From positions 377,919 through 441,918 of the forward strand of contig JAOSJO010000023.1 in NCBI GenBank assembly GCA_027494055.1: DNA of 64,000 nt, given 5' to 3'. The stretch comes from Anaerolineae bacterium. GTDB lineage: Bacteria > Chloroflexota > Anaerolineae > Aggregatilineales > JAFGMM01. The position numbers and the translations under genes are program-made. Shown here in pieces: positions 52,753 to 62,828 of the stretch (its first letter is position 1; every line of letters starts with the position of its first letter). The notes under the pieces were generated by a model. That model was not told the DNA's origin, ran no database searches, and worked only from the letters and a program-made list of their open reading frames with translations.

Positions 52753-53504
52753 CCGGCGGCATCCGGCTCACGCCACAGGTCGCCCTGGTCGGCAGCGGCG
52801 AAATCGGCCTGTCGGAGGCGTGCGATAGCCACGTCTACCTGGTGGACGCCGGCGGCCCCCTGGTCATGGTCGACGCGGGGGCCGGGATCGCGCCGGAGCG
52901 CATCGAGGCGAATATCCGCAGCCTCGGCTATGCGCCGGAGCAGATCACCCACCTGTTGCTCACGCACGGCCACGCCGACCATGCCGGGGGCGCGGCGCAT
53001 TTCAGCGCGCAGTACCTGTCGCTGCGCGTGTGCGCGGGGCGCCTTACGGCCTCTTTTCTGGGCGCGGGCGATGAACACGCCATTGCGCTGGACGCGGCGC
53101 GCAGCGCCGGCGTCTACCCGCCAGACTACCGCCTGCGCCCGGTGGCGGTTGCGCACGCGCTGCGCGACGGCGAGCGCCTCCAGATCGGCGGCTGCACGGT
53201 CCAGGTGATCGAGACCCCCGGCCACAGCGCCGACTCGGTCTGCTATCGCGTCGCGTTTGCGGACGGCGCGGCGCTTTTCTGCGGCGACACGCTGTTTGCG
53301 AGCGGCCTCGTGCCGCTGCTCAACACGCACGACTCCGACCTGGCCGCGTACCGCCGCAGCCTGGAAAGCCTGGCTGCGCGGGAGGTCGATGGGCTGTACC
53401 CCGGCCATGGGCTTTTCATGGTTGGCGGCGGCAGCGCCGCGATCCGGCAGCAGCACGAACGGCTGCAAGGTTCGATCTACCTGCCGCCTGTACTGAATGG
53501 ATAG
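52749..53504 (+). CDS. MBL-fold metallo-hydrolase
   Basis: Intact 251-aa ORF with a 4-nt overlap on the previous gene. It has the HxHxDH motif LLLTHGHADHAGG. Confidence 0.85.
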   Translation: MTGGIRLTPQVALVGSGEIGLSEACDSHVYLVDAGGPLVMVDAGAGIAPERIEANIRSLGYAPEQITHLLLTHGHADHAGGAAHFSAQYLSLRVCAGRLTASFLGAGDEHAIALDAARSAGVYPPDYRLRPVAVAHALRDGERLQIGGCTVQVIETPGHSADSVCYRVAFADGAALFCGDTLFASGLVPLLNTHDSDLAAYRRSLESLAAREVDGLYPGHGLFMVGGGSAAIRQQHERLQGSIYLPPVLNG

Positions 53505-53522
53505 TTACGAGGGGAGCGCACC

Positions 53523-54146
53523 ATGAGCAAAGAAACCATACGGCTGAAGTTTGACCCTGCCGAAATACCCGAAGACGACTCTTACCCGGTCTTCGTACCC
53601 AGCGTGGCGGTGATGATCAGCTTTGCCTCACCTGAAGGCCGCGCCAGCATCACGCCGATTGTCGCCTGGTCCATCGTATCGCGTTTCCCGTTCATGGCCG
53701 TGATCGCCCTGTGCCACGGCCACTACACCGACAATTACTTTCCGCGCTACTCGAACCGCACCATCCGCGAGGCCGGCGAGTTCGTGTTGAACATTCCGCA
53801 CGACGGCCTGCGCGACGCGATCTCCAAGACCGGCGATGTCAGCGGCAACGACCCCACCGTGGACAAGTTCGCCTATGCCGGGCTGACCCCTGGGCCGGCG
53901 CAGACGGTGAAGTGCCCGATTATCGTGGAATGCCCGATCAATCTCGAATGCAAGGTGACGTCGATTGTCCGCACCGGCAGCCACGACCTCTTCATCGCCG
54001 AGGTGACGGCAATCCAGCACGACCCGATCCTGAGCCGCGACATCCAGGACGACATGATGGTTGTGAAGATGCTCCTCAAGGACGCGGAGACGGGCGCAAC
54101 GCAAGAACGGCAGATGCTCTGGCGCACGCTGCCCACGTTCTCCTGA
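53523..54146 (+). CDS. flavin-reductase-like (FMN-binding split-barrel) protein
   Basis: Intact 207-aa ORF. Its size and the segments ITPIVAWSIVSRFPFMAVIAL...HDLFIAEV resemble flavin reductase domains. The call is tentative. Confidence 0.6.
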   Translation: MSKETIRLKFDPAEIPEDDSYPVFVPSVAVMISFASPEGRASITPIVAWSIVSRFPFMAVIALCHGHYTDNYFPRYSNRTIREAGEFVLNIPHDGLRDAISKTGDVSGNDPTVDKFAYAGLTPGPAQTVKCPIIVECPINLECKVTSIVRTGSHDLFIAEVTAIQHDPILSRDIQDDMMVVKMLLKDAETGATQERQMLWRTLPTFS

Positions 54147-54182
54147 GAGGCGTCGCGTCGCCAGGCGTCCCCATCACAGGTT

Positions 54183-55355
54183 GTGAGCACGATGCGCAAG
54201 GACCTGAACCCAACCGTGGTGCAGATGCCGCGATCCGGCATCCGGGTGGTGCTCGACGCGGCAAACAAGCTGCCGGATGTCGTCTACCACCTCGAAATCG
54301 GCCAGCCTGACCTGCCGACCCCGCCGCACATCGTGGAAGCGGCAGTGGAGGCGGCCCGGCAGGGCTACACCGGATACACGCCGAACGCCGGCTTCCCCAG
54401 CCTGCGCCAGGCGTTCGCCGCGCGCCTGAACGCAGAACGCGGGCTGCGCGTGGACCCGGAGCAGGTCGTCGTGACGGTCGGGGCGATGGGGGCGATCTTC
54501 TCCGCGCTGTGCGCCACGGTCGCGCCGGGCGACGAGGTCCTGATCCCTGACCCCGGCTACCCGAACTACCTGATGCCCGTCAACCTGTTGGGCGCGCGAA
54601 GCGTCCGGTACCCGCTCGACGCCAGGGCCGGGTTCGCCTTCCGCGCAGCGGCGATTCAGGAGCGGATCGGGCCGCGCACGAAGGCCATCATCATCAACAG
54701 CCCGTCAAACCCAACCGGCACGATGATCGACCGGGCAGAGCTTGAGGCCGTCGTCGCGCTGGTGCAGCGACACGGGCTGTACCTCATCTCGGATGAGGCC
54801 TACGCGCACGTGTGCTTCGGCGGGACGCACCTCACGCCGCTGAGTTACGCGGCCGGCGAGCACGTCATCGCCGTCTATAGCTGCTCGAAGACGTACTCGA
54901 TGACGGGCTGGCGCGTGGGGTTTGCCGTGAGCGCGCCGGAGATCGCCACTCTGTTGTCGAAGTTGCAGGAAGCCTACGTGGCCTGCGCGCCGAGCGTGTC
55001 GCAGAAAGCGGCGGAGGCCGCCCTGCGCGGCCCGCAGGATTGCGTCGAGGCGATGGCGAAGACGTACTGGCGTCGCCGGGACCTGGCGCTGGCGCTGTGC
55101 GCGGAGTACGGGCTGGCGGCTGTGCCGCCACAGGGCGCTTTCTACCTGCTCATCGCGCTGCCGGCCCCGGAGGGCGCGGACTCAACCGCATACGCCCTGC
55201 GCCTGCTGGCCGAGAAGCACGTCGCGGTTGCCCCAGGACGGACGTTCGGTCCGAGCGGCGAGGGGTACATCCGCATCGCCCTCTGCGCGCCTGAGAGCGC
55301 CATTCGCGAAGGTCTGGAGCGCATCGCCGCGTTCCAGCGGCAAACGTCCGGGTGA
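54183..55355 (+). CDS. class I/II pyridoxal-phosphate-dependent aminotransferase
   Basis: Intact 390-aa ORF with the PLP-lysine motif SCSKTYSMTGWRVGF and NPTG. The start is the GTG at 54183 or the ATG at 54192. Confidence 0.9.
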   Translation: MSTMRKDLNPTVVQMPRSGIRVVLDAANKLPDVVYHLEIGQPDLPTPPHIVEAAVEAARQGYTGYTPNAGFPSLRQAFAARLNAERGLRVDPEQVVVTVGAMGAIFSALCATVAPGDEVLIPDPGYPNYLMPVNLLGARSVRYPLDARAGFAFRAAAIQERIGPRTKAIIINSPSNPTGTMIDRAELEAVVALVQRHGLYLISDEAYAHVCFGGTHLTPLSYAAGEHVIAVYSCSKTYSMTGWRVGFAVSAPEIATLLSKLQEAYVACAPSVSQKAAEAALRGPQDCVEAMAKTYWRRRDLALALCAEYGLAAVPPQGAFYLLIALPAPEGADSTAYALRLLAEKHVAVAPGRTFGPSGEGYIRIALCAPESAIREGLERIAAFQRQTSG

Positions 55356-55387
55356 GATTCACCACCCTCCGCATCCCAAACATTGAC

Positions 55388-55402
55388 AACGCGCTGACGT
55401 TT
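55388..55402 (+). repeat. 15-bp direct repeat, left copy (aacgcgctgacgttt)
   Basis: Exact match to 58283-58297. It lies 24 nt beyond the WD40 gene stop. Confidence 0.9.
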
Positions 55403-55426
55403 GGCCGTAGACTGATGACCTTCCCG

Positions 55427-58215
55427 TTAGCGGCGATTCCCAGGGCACCCCGGCGGTTCGCTAGCTTGGTTGCGCGGATAGCTGGCGGAGCGCATCGTGG
55501 TCCTACTGACAATCGGAGGTAAACCCTCCGGGCATGTCAGATCGTCGGTCAGAAACCGGCGATCCACAGCCGCTCGTAGCTGGGATACGGGTTGGCGTTT
55601 TCGTGCCAAACCTGATACCACGACCCGTCGGCATTCTGGCCGATCAGGATTAGCTCCTCGCCTTCGACGGCGGCCCTGATGTACGAGTTGTCGGCGTCGG
55701 GCGCGTCCCGGAGTTAGCCCGCTTGCGGCATTGGTCGTCGCCGTGCAGGACATATCCGTCACGCGCCAGAGCCGCACGTGCCGTCGTCGCCTCCCTGACC
55801 AGATATTCACCATCAGGCGACCAGTCTATCGAGTTCACCCAACTGGTGTGGCCGACCAGAGTGGCTAGCCGCTCGCCCGTGAGTGCGTCCCAGACGTAAA
55901 TCATGTCATGAAAGCCACCAGCCACGCGCATCCCATCCGGCGACCACATCGCATCATTGCCCTCAAACTCTATGAGAAGCTGACCGCTGACGGCATCCCA
56001 AAAGCGGAGGCTACGGTAATAGCCTCCAGTAGCGAGGCGCTCGCCATCCGGCAGCCACGCCACCCAGCCCCCGTCATTCAGCTGCACCTCAAACTCGTTA
56101 GCTGCTCGCCACTAATCGTGCTCCAGATACGCACCATAATCCTGCCATCAACGGAACCGACGCCCGCGAGGCGCGTCCCATCCGGCGACCAAGCCAGGCT
56201 TCTTTCACAGAAACCCCAATCGCAGTCGAACACGGCAAGCTGCGCCCCGCTGACCACGTCCCAAATAAACACCTTGTCGTCAGTTCCGGCGCTTGCCAGG
56301 CGCGTCCCATCCGGCGACCACCACGCGGATGACCAGAAAGCGTCGGTGTGGCCTTTTAACACGGCGAGCTTGTCGCCAGTCGCCACGTCCCAAACAACGA
56401 GGTCGAAGCCCTCCGCATACGCAAAAACCGCCCGATGGCCGGAGGCAGCCCAGGCGCTTTCACCGCCTTCATGGTCGGAAAAAGCCAGCGTCCATGTGAC
56501 CGGGTTGTAATAACTCCCCAAAGAGGTCATCCGTCAGGACACCCAGTTGCTCCCACTACTGGTATCCCAGACGAATACCGCGTCATCGAAAATCACGTTT
56601 CCGCCAACCGCCAAACGTGTTCCATCGGGTGACCATTTCATCGCAGTGGCCTGCGCTCCTGGGTTGAGAGCGGAAGCCGTCGCCCAGTGGCGGCATCCCA
56701 GATATAGACCGTGTCGTGTTCGTCCCAAACCACGCCCGCCAGACGCGATCCGTCCGGTGACCACGACACCCACTCGACCTCTTCGTCGAAGCTGTCTATA
56801 ACTGCCGGCAATGGAGCGATGGCGCTGCCGCCGTTGGCGTCGGGGTTGCAGTTTGAGCGGGGATGGCCGGGCGTCCTTGTGGTGACGGGCGTAGGTGTGG
56901 TGTGACCGTCGGTGCGGCGGTGACGCCGCTACCTGCACCGGCGTCACGGGCGTGACCGTCCAGGCCGCCTCGACATCGGTGATGACGGGCAGGGCGACGC
57001 CATCAGGACAGGTCAGCGCGTCGACCAGGCTGGCTGCAATCCAGGGCCTGGGTATCCCGCTCAGGTTACGGTGCCAGAGTTGAACCCATTCTCCGGCAGC
57101 ATCCTGCCCCGCCACGACCACCAGCATCCCCGCCCCATGGGTCCATCTTCGCGTAATCCCCGCCGGGGAGCGCAGATTTGCGTTCGTGTTGACGACCGCT
57201 GTACAGAGATTGCTCCCCACATTCCAGAGCAGGACAACGCCGTCCTGGGTTCCGAGGGCTAAGCGCGCGCTGTCGGGCGACCAGGCCAGCGCATTCGCCC
57301 TGCCGCATGGCCTATCGGAATGGACGATGGTTCCCAGGCGGACGTATCCCAATAATGCACCGCACCAACGCCACCGCTCGCAAGGTACGCGCCATCGGTG
57401 ACCAGGCCATCCCGCCATAAAGCTCTCCAGACGGACACTCTAGAGCGGCCAATTCCCGACCGTCGATGACATCCCAAACGTAAATACACTCCTCCACCCG
57501 ATCGCCACATTCACGCCGCCAGAGGACCAGGCGACCCTATCAATCCCGGATACACAACAATCGACCTGGACGAAGCCGATGCTGTCCCAGAGGCTCAACC
57601 AGTTCGATGTGTCCCCATACACCCAATCATTCCCATCCCAGCAGATCACGCGAGGCCCCTCTTCCCACCAACTTACATCACCCATGTTCTCACAATACTG
57701 CCACTCGTACTCGCGCACCTCCTGTGCCACGTCCCAGACATTCATATAGTTCCGATAATCCAGCGTGACAACGTGGTGCTGTCAGGCGACCAAAACACCT
57801 GGGAGATACCGCGCCAGCGGGAACGATCCGTCAGCGCGGTCAGTTGGACGCCCGGCATGGCGACGTCCCAAATGCGTACGTCCTCGTCTTCTATGCCGCC
57901 AGTCGCCAAGGCGTCCCATCGGGCGACCACGCCACCGAGACCGCACCGTAGCTGTGAGCTTTCCAGGCGGCAAGGTGTTCGCCGCTGGCGGCGTCCCAGA
58001 GATGCACGGTCCCATCGCTGCCGCCGCTCGCCAGTTGTGTCCCATCCGGCGACCACACCACAGAGGTGACCTCGCCCACATGCCCTTCCAACACAACCGG
58101 CAGATCGATGGACGTTTGCGCCTCGGCGGTAGGGCGCACCACCCTCAAGTGAGAAAACGAAAACGGCCACAAGGACTATAACCAGGGCACGCAATCCCTT
58201 ATTTATGCGCATCAT
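55427..58215 (-). pseudogene. WD40-repeat protein with two SH3b-like domains and an N-terminal membrane anchor, heavily frame-disrupted as assembled
   Basis: GGAGG precedes ATGATG at 58215 ([21 protein letters not shown]). At least twelve minus-strand ORF fragments then each carry WSPDG..LA.GG...V..WD repeats (for example 57891..58172, 57440..57745, 56078..56530 and 55650..56087). Two SH3b-like segments each end in W-I-A-x-x-L-x-D-x-LTCP-x-G (about 57000-57200 and 55500-55700). Confidence 0.75.
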
Positions 58216-58253
58216 TTCACAACCTCCTTTCTCATTATACTTGAAAAATGGCT

Positions 58254-58282
58254 TTGAAAAGCCTCCCGCGCTGCACTATAAT
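58254..58282 (+). promoter_or_regulatory. sigma70-type promoter upstream of alaS
   Basis: TTGAAA (58254-58259), a 17-nt spacer, then TATAAT (58277-58282). The alaS ATG is at 58326. Confidence 0.6.
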
Positions 58283-58297
58283 AACGCGCTGACGTTT
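58283..58297 (+). repeat. 15-bp direct repeat, right copy (aacgcgctgacgttt)
   Basis: Exact match to 55388-55402. It starts at the base after the alaS -10 box. Confidence 0.9.
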
Positions 58298-58325
58298 AAC
58301 CCTGAGTCCGAAAGCGAATCACGCG

Positions 58326-61016
58326 ATGAAGCAGATGACCAGTGCAGAAGCGCGCGAGGCGTTTCTGAGTTTCTTTGAAGAGATGGGGCACAAGCGGGTG
58401 GCGTCGTCGTCCCTGGTGCCGGGCAACGACCCAACCCTGCTGTTCACCAACGCCGGCATGGTCCAGTTCAAGGATGTGTTCCTCGGCACGGACAATCGCC
58501 CTTACAAACGCGCCACGACCGCGCAGAAGTGCATGCGCGTGAGCGGCAAGCACAACGACCTGGAGGAGGTCGGCCCCTCGCCCAGGCACCACACGTTCTT
58601 CGAGATGCTGGGCAACTTCAGCTTTGGCGACTACTTCAAGCGCGAGGCGATCCGCTTCGCGTATGACCTGCTGACGATGGTCTACGAGCTGCCGAAAGAG
58701 CGGCTGATCTTCACCGTGCACGACTCGGATGACGAGGCGCACGACATCTGGGTCAATGAAATCGGCGCGGACCCGTCGCAGGTCTACCGCCTGGGCGACA
58801 AAGACAACTTCTGGCAGATGGCCGATGTGGGGCCGTGCGGGCCAACCTCGGAGATTCACTTCGACCTGCACCCGGAACGGGGGCCAGAGGAATTCGACCC
58901 GGACTCGAGCCGGTGGATCGAAATCTGGAACCTGGTGTTCATGCAGTTCAACCAGGACGAGACGGGCGCGCGCCACCCGCTGCCCGCGCCGGGCGTGGAC
59001 ACAGGCATGGGCTTCGAGCGCATTGTGTCGGTGTTGCAGAACAAGGATGTGAACTACGAGACCGACCTGTTCATGCCCATCATCCGCCGCACGCAGGAAC
59101 TCGCCGGGCAGACCGACGCCGCGCGCGACGCGAGCATCGTGCCGTACCGCGTGATCGCGGACCACGTGCGCGCGGCGACGTTCCTGATCGCGGACGGGGT
59201 GACGCCGGGCAACACCGGGCGCAACTACATCACGCGCATGGTGCTGCGGCGCGCGGCGCGCTTCGGGCGCAAGCTCGGCTTCACCGACCCGTTCATGGCA
59301 GAGGTGGCGGAGGTCGTCATCGAGGAGATGGGCGGCCATTACACCGAGCTTGAGGAGAAGCGCGAGGCGATCCGGCGCGCGATCACGCAGGAAGAGGAGC
59401 GCTTCGGGCGCACGCTCGACCGGGGACTGTCCGAACTCGAAGGGATGCTCGACCAGCTTGAGGCGGAGGGCAAGAAACAGCTCTCCGGGGCGCTGGCGTT
59501 CTTCCTCTACTCGACGCTCGGCCTGCCGCTGGAGCTGACGCGCGACGTGGCCGGCGAGCGCGGCTTCACCATCGACGAGGCCGGCTATTACGCGGAGATG
59601 GAACAACACGCCATCGCGAGCGGCGGCGGCAAGGCGATGGGCGAGATTGCGCGCCAGGAGGCGTACAGCGAGGTCCTGGCGGCGCTCAAGGCCGACGGTC
59701 TGCTCGGCGACGCCGGCGTGATCCACAACCCCTACGGCCCGCTCAGCGTCGAAGGCCGCGTGCTCGCCATCATGCGCGATGGGCAGCGCGTGGAGGCGGC
59801 GATCACCGGCGAGCGCGTGGCGGTAGTGCTGCCGCAGACGCCCTTCTACGTGGAGGCCGGCGGCCAGGTCAGCGACACGGGCACGATCAGGCGGCAAGGC
59901 GAGGGCGCGCGCTGGGAGATCGACGTTGAGGACACGCAGCGGCCCGTCGCCGGGCTGGTGGTGCACATCGGCGAGGTGGTCGAAGGGACGCCGCACGTGG
60001 GCGACCTGGCGTGCGCCTCGGTGGACGCGACGCGGCGCTGGGACATCATGCGCAACCACACCGCCACGCACCTGCTGCACAGCCGGCTGCGCGCGGTGCT
60101 GGGGCCGCACGTGCAGCAGGCGGGGTCGCTGGTCGCGCCAGACCGGCTGCGCTTTGACTTCAGCCACGGCGCGGCGCTGACGCCCGCCGAACTGTCGGAA
60201 GTGGCGGCGCAGGTGAACGAGGCAATCCTGGCGAACATGCCGGTCGCGCCGATGATCAAGGCGCTGGAGGCGGCGCGCGCCGAGGGCGCGATGGCGCTGT
60301 TCGGCGAGAAGTACGGCGAGGAGGTGCGCACGATCACCGTCGGCGAGCAAACGCACCGCTTCAGCTACGAGCTGTGCGGCGGCACGCACGTCAGCCAGAC
60401 CGCCGAGATCGGGCCGTTCATCATCACGAGCGAGGAGAGCGTGGCGGCGGGCGTGCGCCGCATCGAGGCGGTGACCGGGCGCGGCGCGCTGGCGCTGATG
60501 CGCGAGCGCTTCGAACTGCTTCATAGCATCGCCTCGGCGCTGGAGACGACGCCGGCGCAGATCCACCGGCGGCTGCGGACGCTCAACGAGGTGCTGCAAT
60601 CGTCGCAGAAAGAGGTGGAACGGCTGCGGCGGCAGTTGGCGCGCGCGCAGTTCGAGCGGCTGCTGGCGGAGCACGTCGAGCAGGTGGACGGCGTGCGCGT
60701 GGTCTCGGCGCACGTGGAAGTGGCGAGCATGGCGGTGCTGCGCGAGATGGGCGACTGGTTCCGCGACCGGGTGGAAGGCGGCGTGATGGTGCTCGGCACC
60801 GTGACGGACGACAGGCCGCAGTTGCTCGCCGCCGTGACCGACGACCTGGTCAAGCGCGGGATCAAAGCCGGCGACCTGGTGAAGCAGGTGGCGCAGGTGG
60901 TGGGCGGCGGCGGAGGTGGCCGCCCGCAACTGGCGACCGCCGGGGGTCGCGACGCCGGCAAGCTCGACGAGGCGCTGGCGCAGGTGGCAGGGTTGGTGCG
61001 CCAGGCGCTGAAATAG
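58326..61016 (+). CDS. alaS: alanine--tRNA ligase
   Basis: Intact 896-aa ORF with FTNAGMVQFK, KCMRVSGKHNDLEEVG, WNLVFMQF, the editing-domain HTATHLLH and the C-terminal DHHA1-like GGGGGGRPQLATAGG. Confidence 0.98.
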   Translation: MKQMTSAEAREAFLSFFEEMGHKRVASSSLVPGNDPTLLFTNAGMVQFKDVFLGTDNRPYKRATTAQKCMRVSGKHNDLEEVGPSPRHHTFFEMLGNFSFGDYFKREAIRFAYDLLTMVYELPKERLIFTVHDSDDEAHDIWVNEIGADPSQVYRLGDKDNFWQMADVGPCGPTSEIHFDLHPERGPEEFDPDSSRWIEIWNLVFMQFNQDETGARHPLPAPGVDTGMGFERIVSVLQNKDVNYETDLFMPIIRRTQELAGQTDAARDASIVPYRVIADHVRAATFLIADGVTPGNTGRNYITRMVLRRAARFGRKLGFTDPFMAEVAEVVIEEMGGHYTELEEKREAIRRAITQEEERFGRTLDRGLSELEGMLDQLEAEGKKQLSGALAFFLYSTLGLPLELTRDVAGERGFTIDEAGYYAEMEQHAIASGGGKAMGEIARQEAYSEVLAALKADGLLGDAGVIHNPYGPLSVEGRVLAIMRDGQRVEAAITGERVAVVLPQTPFYVEAGGQVSDTGTIRRQGEGARWEIDVEDTQRPVAGLVVHIGEVVEGTPHVGDLACASVDATRRWDIMRNHTATHLLHSRLRAVLGPHVQQAGSLVAPDRLRFDFSHGAALTPAELSEVAAQVNEAILANMPVAPMIKALEAARAEGAMALFGEKYGEEVRTITVGEQTHRFSYELCGGTHVSQTAEIGPFIITSEESVAAGVRRIEAVTGRGALALMRERFELLHSIASALETTPAQIHRRLRTLNEVLQSSQKEVERLRRQLARAQFERLLAEHVEQVDGVRVVSAHVEVASMAVLREMGDWFRDRVEGGVMVLGTVTDDRPQLLAAVTDDLVKRGIKAGDLVKQVAQVVGGGGGGRPQLATAGGRDAGKLDEALAQVAGLVRQALK

Positions 61017-61054
61017 AGTAGAATTCCAAACGTCAAGCTCTGCGCAGAAGAATG

Positions 61055-61082
61055 GGGCGGACCGGCGGTTCGCCCTGTTTTT
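61055..61082 (+). terminator. possible Rho-independent terminator after alaS
   Basis: GGGCG (61055-61059) pairs with CGCCC (61071-61075), followed by TGTTTTT. The stem is short. Confidence 0.45.
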
Positions 61083-61136
61083 CAGAACCAATGTAAGGCT
61101 GCCTGTCCCCCCGGAATGCCATGATCGGAGGTGTGA

Positions 61137-62379
61137 ATGTCACCAACGATGCAATTCTTGCTCGTCCTGGCTGTAATCATCGTCGCCGCCAAGATCGGCG
61201 GCTATATCAGCTTGCGGTTGGGGCAGCCCTCGGTGCTCGGCGAGTTGTTGGTGGGCCTGCTCCTGGGTCCGTCGCTGCTGGACTTCCTGCATGCGTCATT
61301 CATCACGGATGTGCACCTGAGCGAAACCATCCACAACCTGGCCGAGGTGGGCGTGCTGCTGTTGATGTTCATCGCCGGTTTGAGCCTGCACATCTCCGAT
61401 TTGGTCCAATCGGGGGAAGGTGTCGGCGCTGGCAGGCACGCTGGGAGTCGTCGCACCGGTGGCGCTCGGCTTTGTCGTGGGGCAGGCCTTTGGCTTTGGG
61501 GCCGAGCCGGCGCTGTTCATCGGCCTGATCCTGGCCGCGACGAGCGTGAGCATCTCAGCGCAGACGCTAATGGAGTTAAAGGTGCTCCGGAGCCGCGTGG
61601 GCATCAGCATGTTGGGCGCGGCGGTCTTTGACGACATCCTGGTGGTGCTGGGCCTGTCGGTGTTTGTGGCGCTGGCCGGCGGCGGCGCGGACAGTGGCGG
61701 CCTCGGCAGCGTGGCCGTGATCATGGTGCAGATGGCGTTGTTCCTGGTGATCGCCTCGGTGGTGGGGTTCCTGCTGCTGCCGACGCGCCTGACCCGGGTG
61801 GTTGACAGGCTGCCGATCAGCGAAGGGCTGGTCGCGTTCGTGTTTGTGGTGATCCTGTTCTATAGCTGGGCCGCCGAAGAACTGGGCAGCATGGCGGCGA
61901 TTACGGGCGCGTTCCTCGCCGGTTTGATCCTGGCGCGCAGCCCCCTGCGCGACCGGATCGAGGCGAGTACATCGGCGCTGGCCTACGGGGTGTTCGTGCC
62001 GATCTTCTTCGTGAACATCGGGTTGGTCGCCAACATCCGCGACCTCACCTCCGACGGTGTGGCGCTGCTGGTTGCGATGGTGGTCGTCGCCGTGATCAGC
62101 AAGGTGCTCGGCGCAGGGCTGGGCGCGCGTCTCGGCGGGTTGACGAACCGCGAGTCGCTTCAACTCGGCGTGGGGATGATGTCGCGCGGCGAGGTCGGCC
62201 TTATTGTCGCAACGGTGGGCGTTGACAACGGCTTAATCAACGCCGAGGTGTTTGCGGCAGTTGTCGGCGTGGTGATTCTCACCACCCTGCTGACCCCGCT
62301 GCTGCTGCGCAGCCTGTTCCGCGGCCAAACGCCAGCAACGCAGCAAGTAAGAGAAATCAGCGCAGGAGAGACATCATGA
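61137..62379 (+). CDS. cation:proton antiporter (CPA2/Kef-type Na+/H+ exchanger family), frameshifted as assembled
   Basis: It starts MSPTMQFLLVLAVIIVAAKIGGYISLRLGQPSVLGELLVGLLLGPS.... Removing one G from the G5 run 61412-61416 joins DLVQSG to KVSALAGTLGVVAPVALGF... in ORF 61420..62379. Confidence 0.9.
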
Positions 62380-62771
62380 GACAAATGGTGATCCTGGTAT
62401 TGAACAATCCCGATTACTGCATGATGCTGCTGGAGGCCTGGGAGGCGGGCGGCGCGACGGGCATTACAATCCTGGAAAGCACCGGACTGCAGACCCTCCG
62501 GGAGGCCGGTATGCGCGACAACCTGCCGCTCCTGCCCAGCCTCGCGGATCTCTTCCGCAGCCAGGAAACCCACCACCGGACAATTTTCACCGTCGTCGAT
62601 GACGAGGCGCAGGCGCAGGCCATTGTCGAGGCGACCGAGCGCGCCTTTGACGAGATGGACACCCTGAACCTGGATAACAGCGGCGTGCTCTTCGTGCTGC
62701 CGGTCAGTGAGGCGCACCGGTTCACGACGCAGCGGGCGGCCCGAGAAGCAGGACGCGACGCGAAGACATAA
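62376..62771 (+). CDS. small PII-like (ferredoxin-fold) protein of unknown function
   Basis: Intact 131-aa ORF. Its ATG overlaps the antiporter stop (ATGA at 62376-62379), and AGGAGAG lies upstream. The sequence pattern fits beta-alpha-beta, a long loop, then beta-alpha-beta (MVILVLNNPDYCMMLLEAWEAGGATGITILESTG...HHRTIFTVVDDEAQAQAIVEATERAF...GVLFVLPV). Confidence 0.6.
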   Translation: MRQMVILVLNNPDYCMMLLEAWEAGGATGITILESTGLQTLREAGMRDNLPLLPSLADLFRSQETHHRTIFTVVDDEAQAQAIVEATERAFDEMDTLNLDNSGVLFVLPVSEAHRFTTQRAAREAGRDAKT

Positions 62772-62828
62772 GACGCCCGCATTCGTCCATCGCACACCTG
62801 AATCAAGACATTGGCACCTGGACATAAC

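Noticed and set aside
55403-58282. WD40 island considered as an insertion sequence, transposon or prophage remnant
   Set aside because: There is no transposase, integrase or terminal inverted repeats, and the only content is one WD40/SH3b gene. I kept the direct-repeat observation as a finding, but a mobile-element call is not supported.
58283-58325. T-box or other riboswitch upstream of alaS
   Set aside because: The leader between the -10 box and the ATG is only about 40 nt, far too short for a T-box. No specifier or antiterminator elements are visible.
58296-61091. 931-aa minus-strand ORF
   Set aside because: It is an antisense shadow of alaS, which is unambiguous. It has no recognisable motifs and extreme Arg/Ala/His content.
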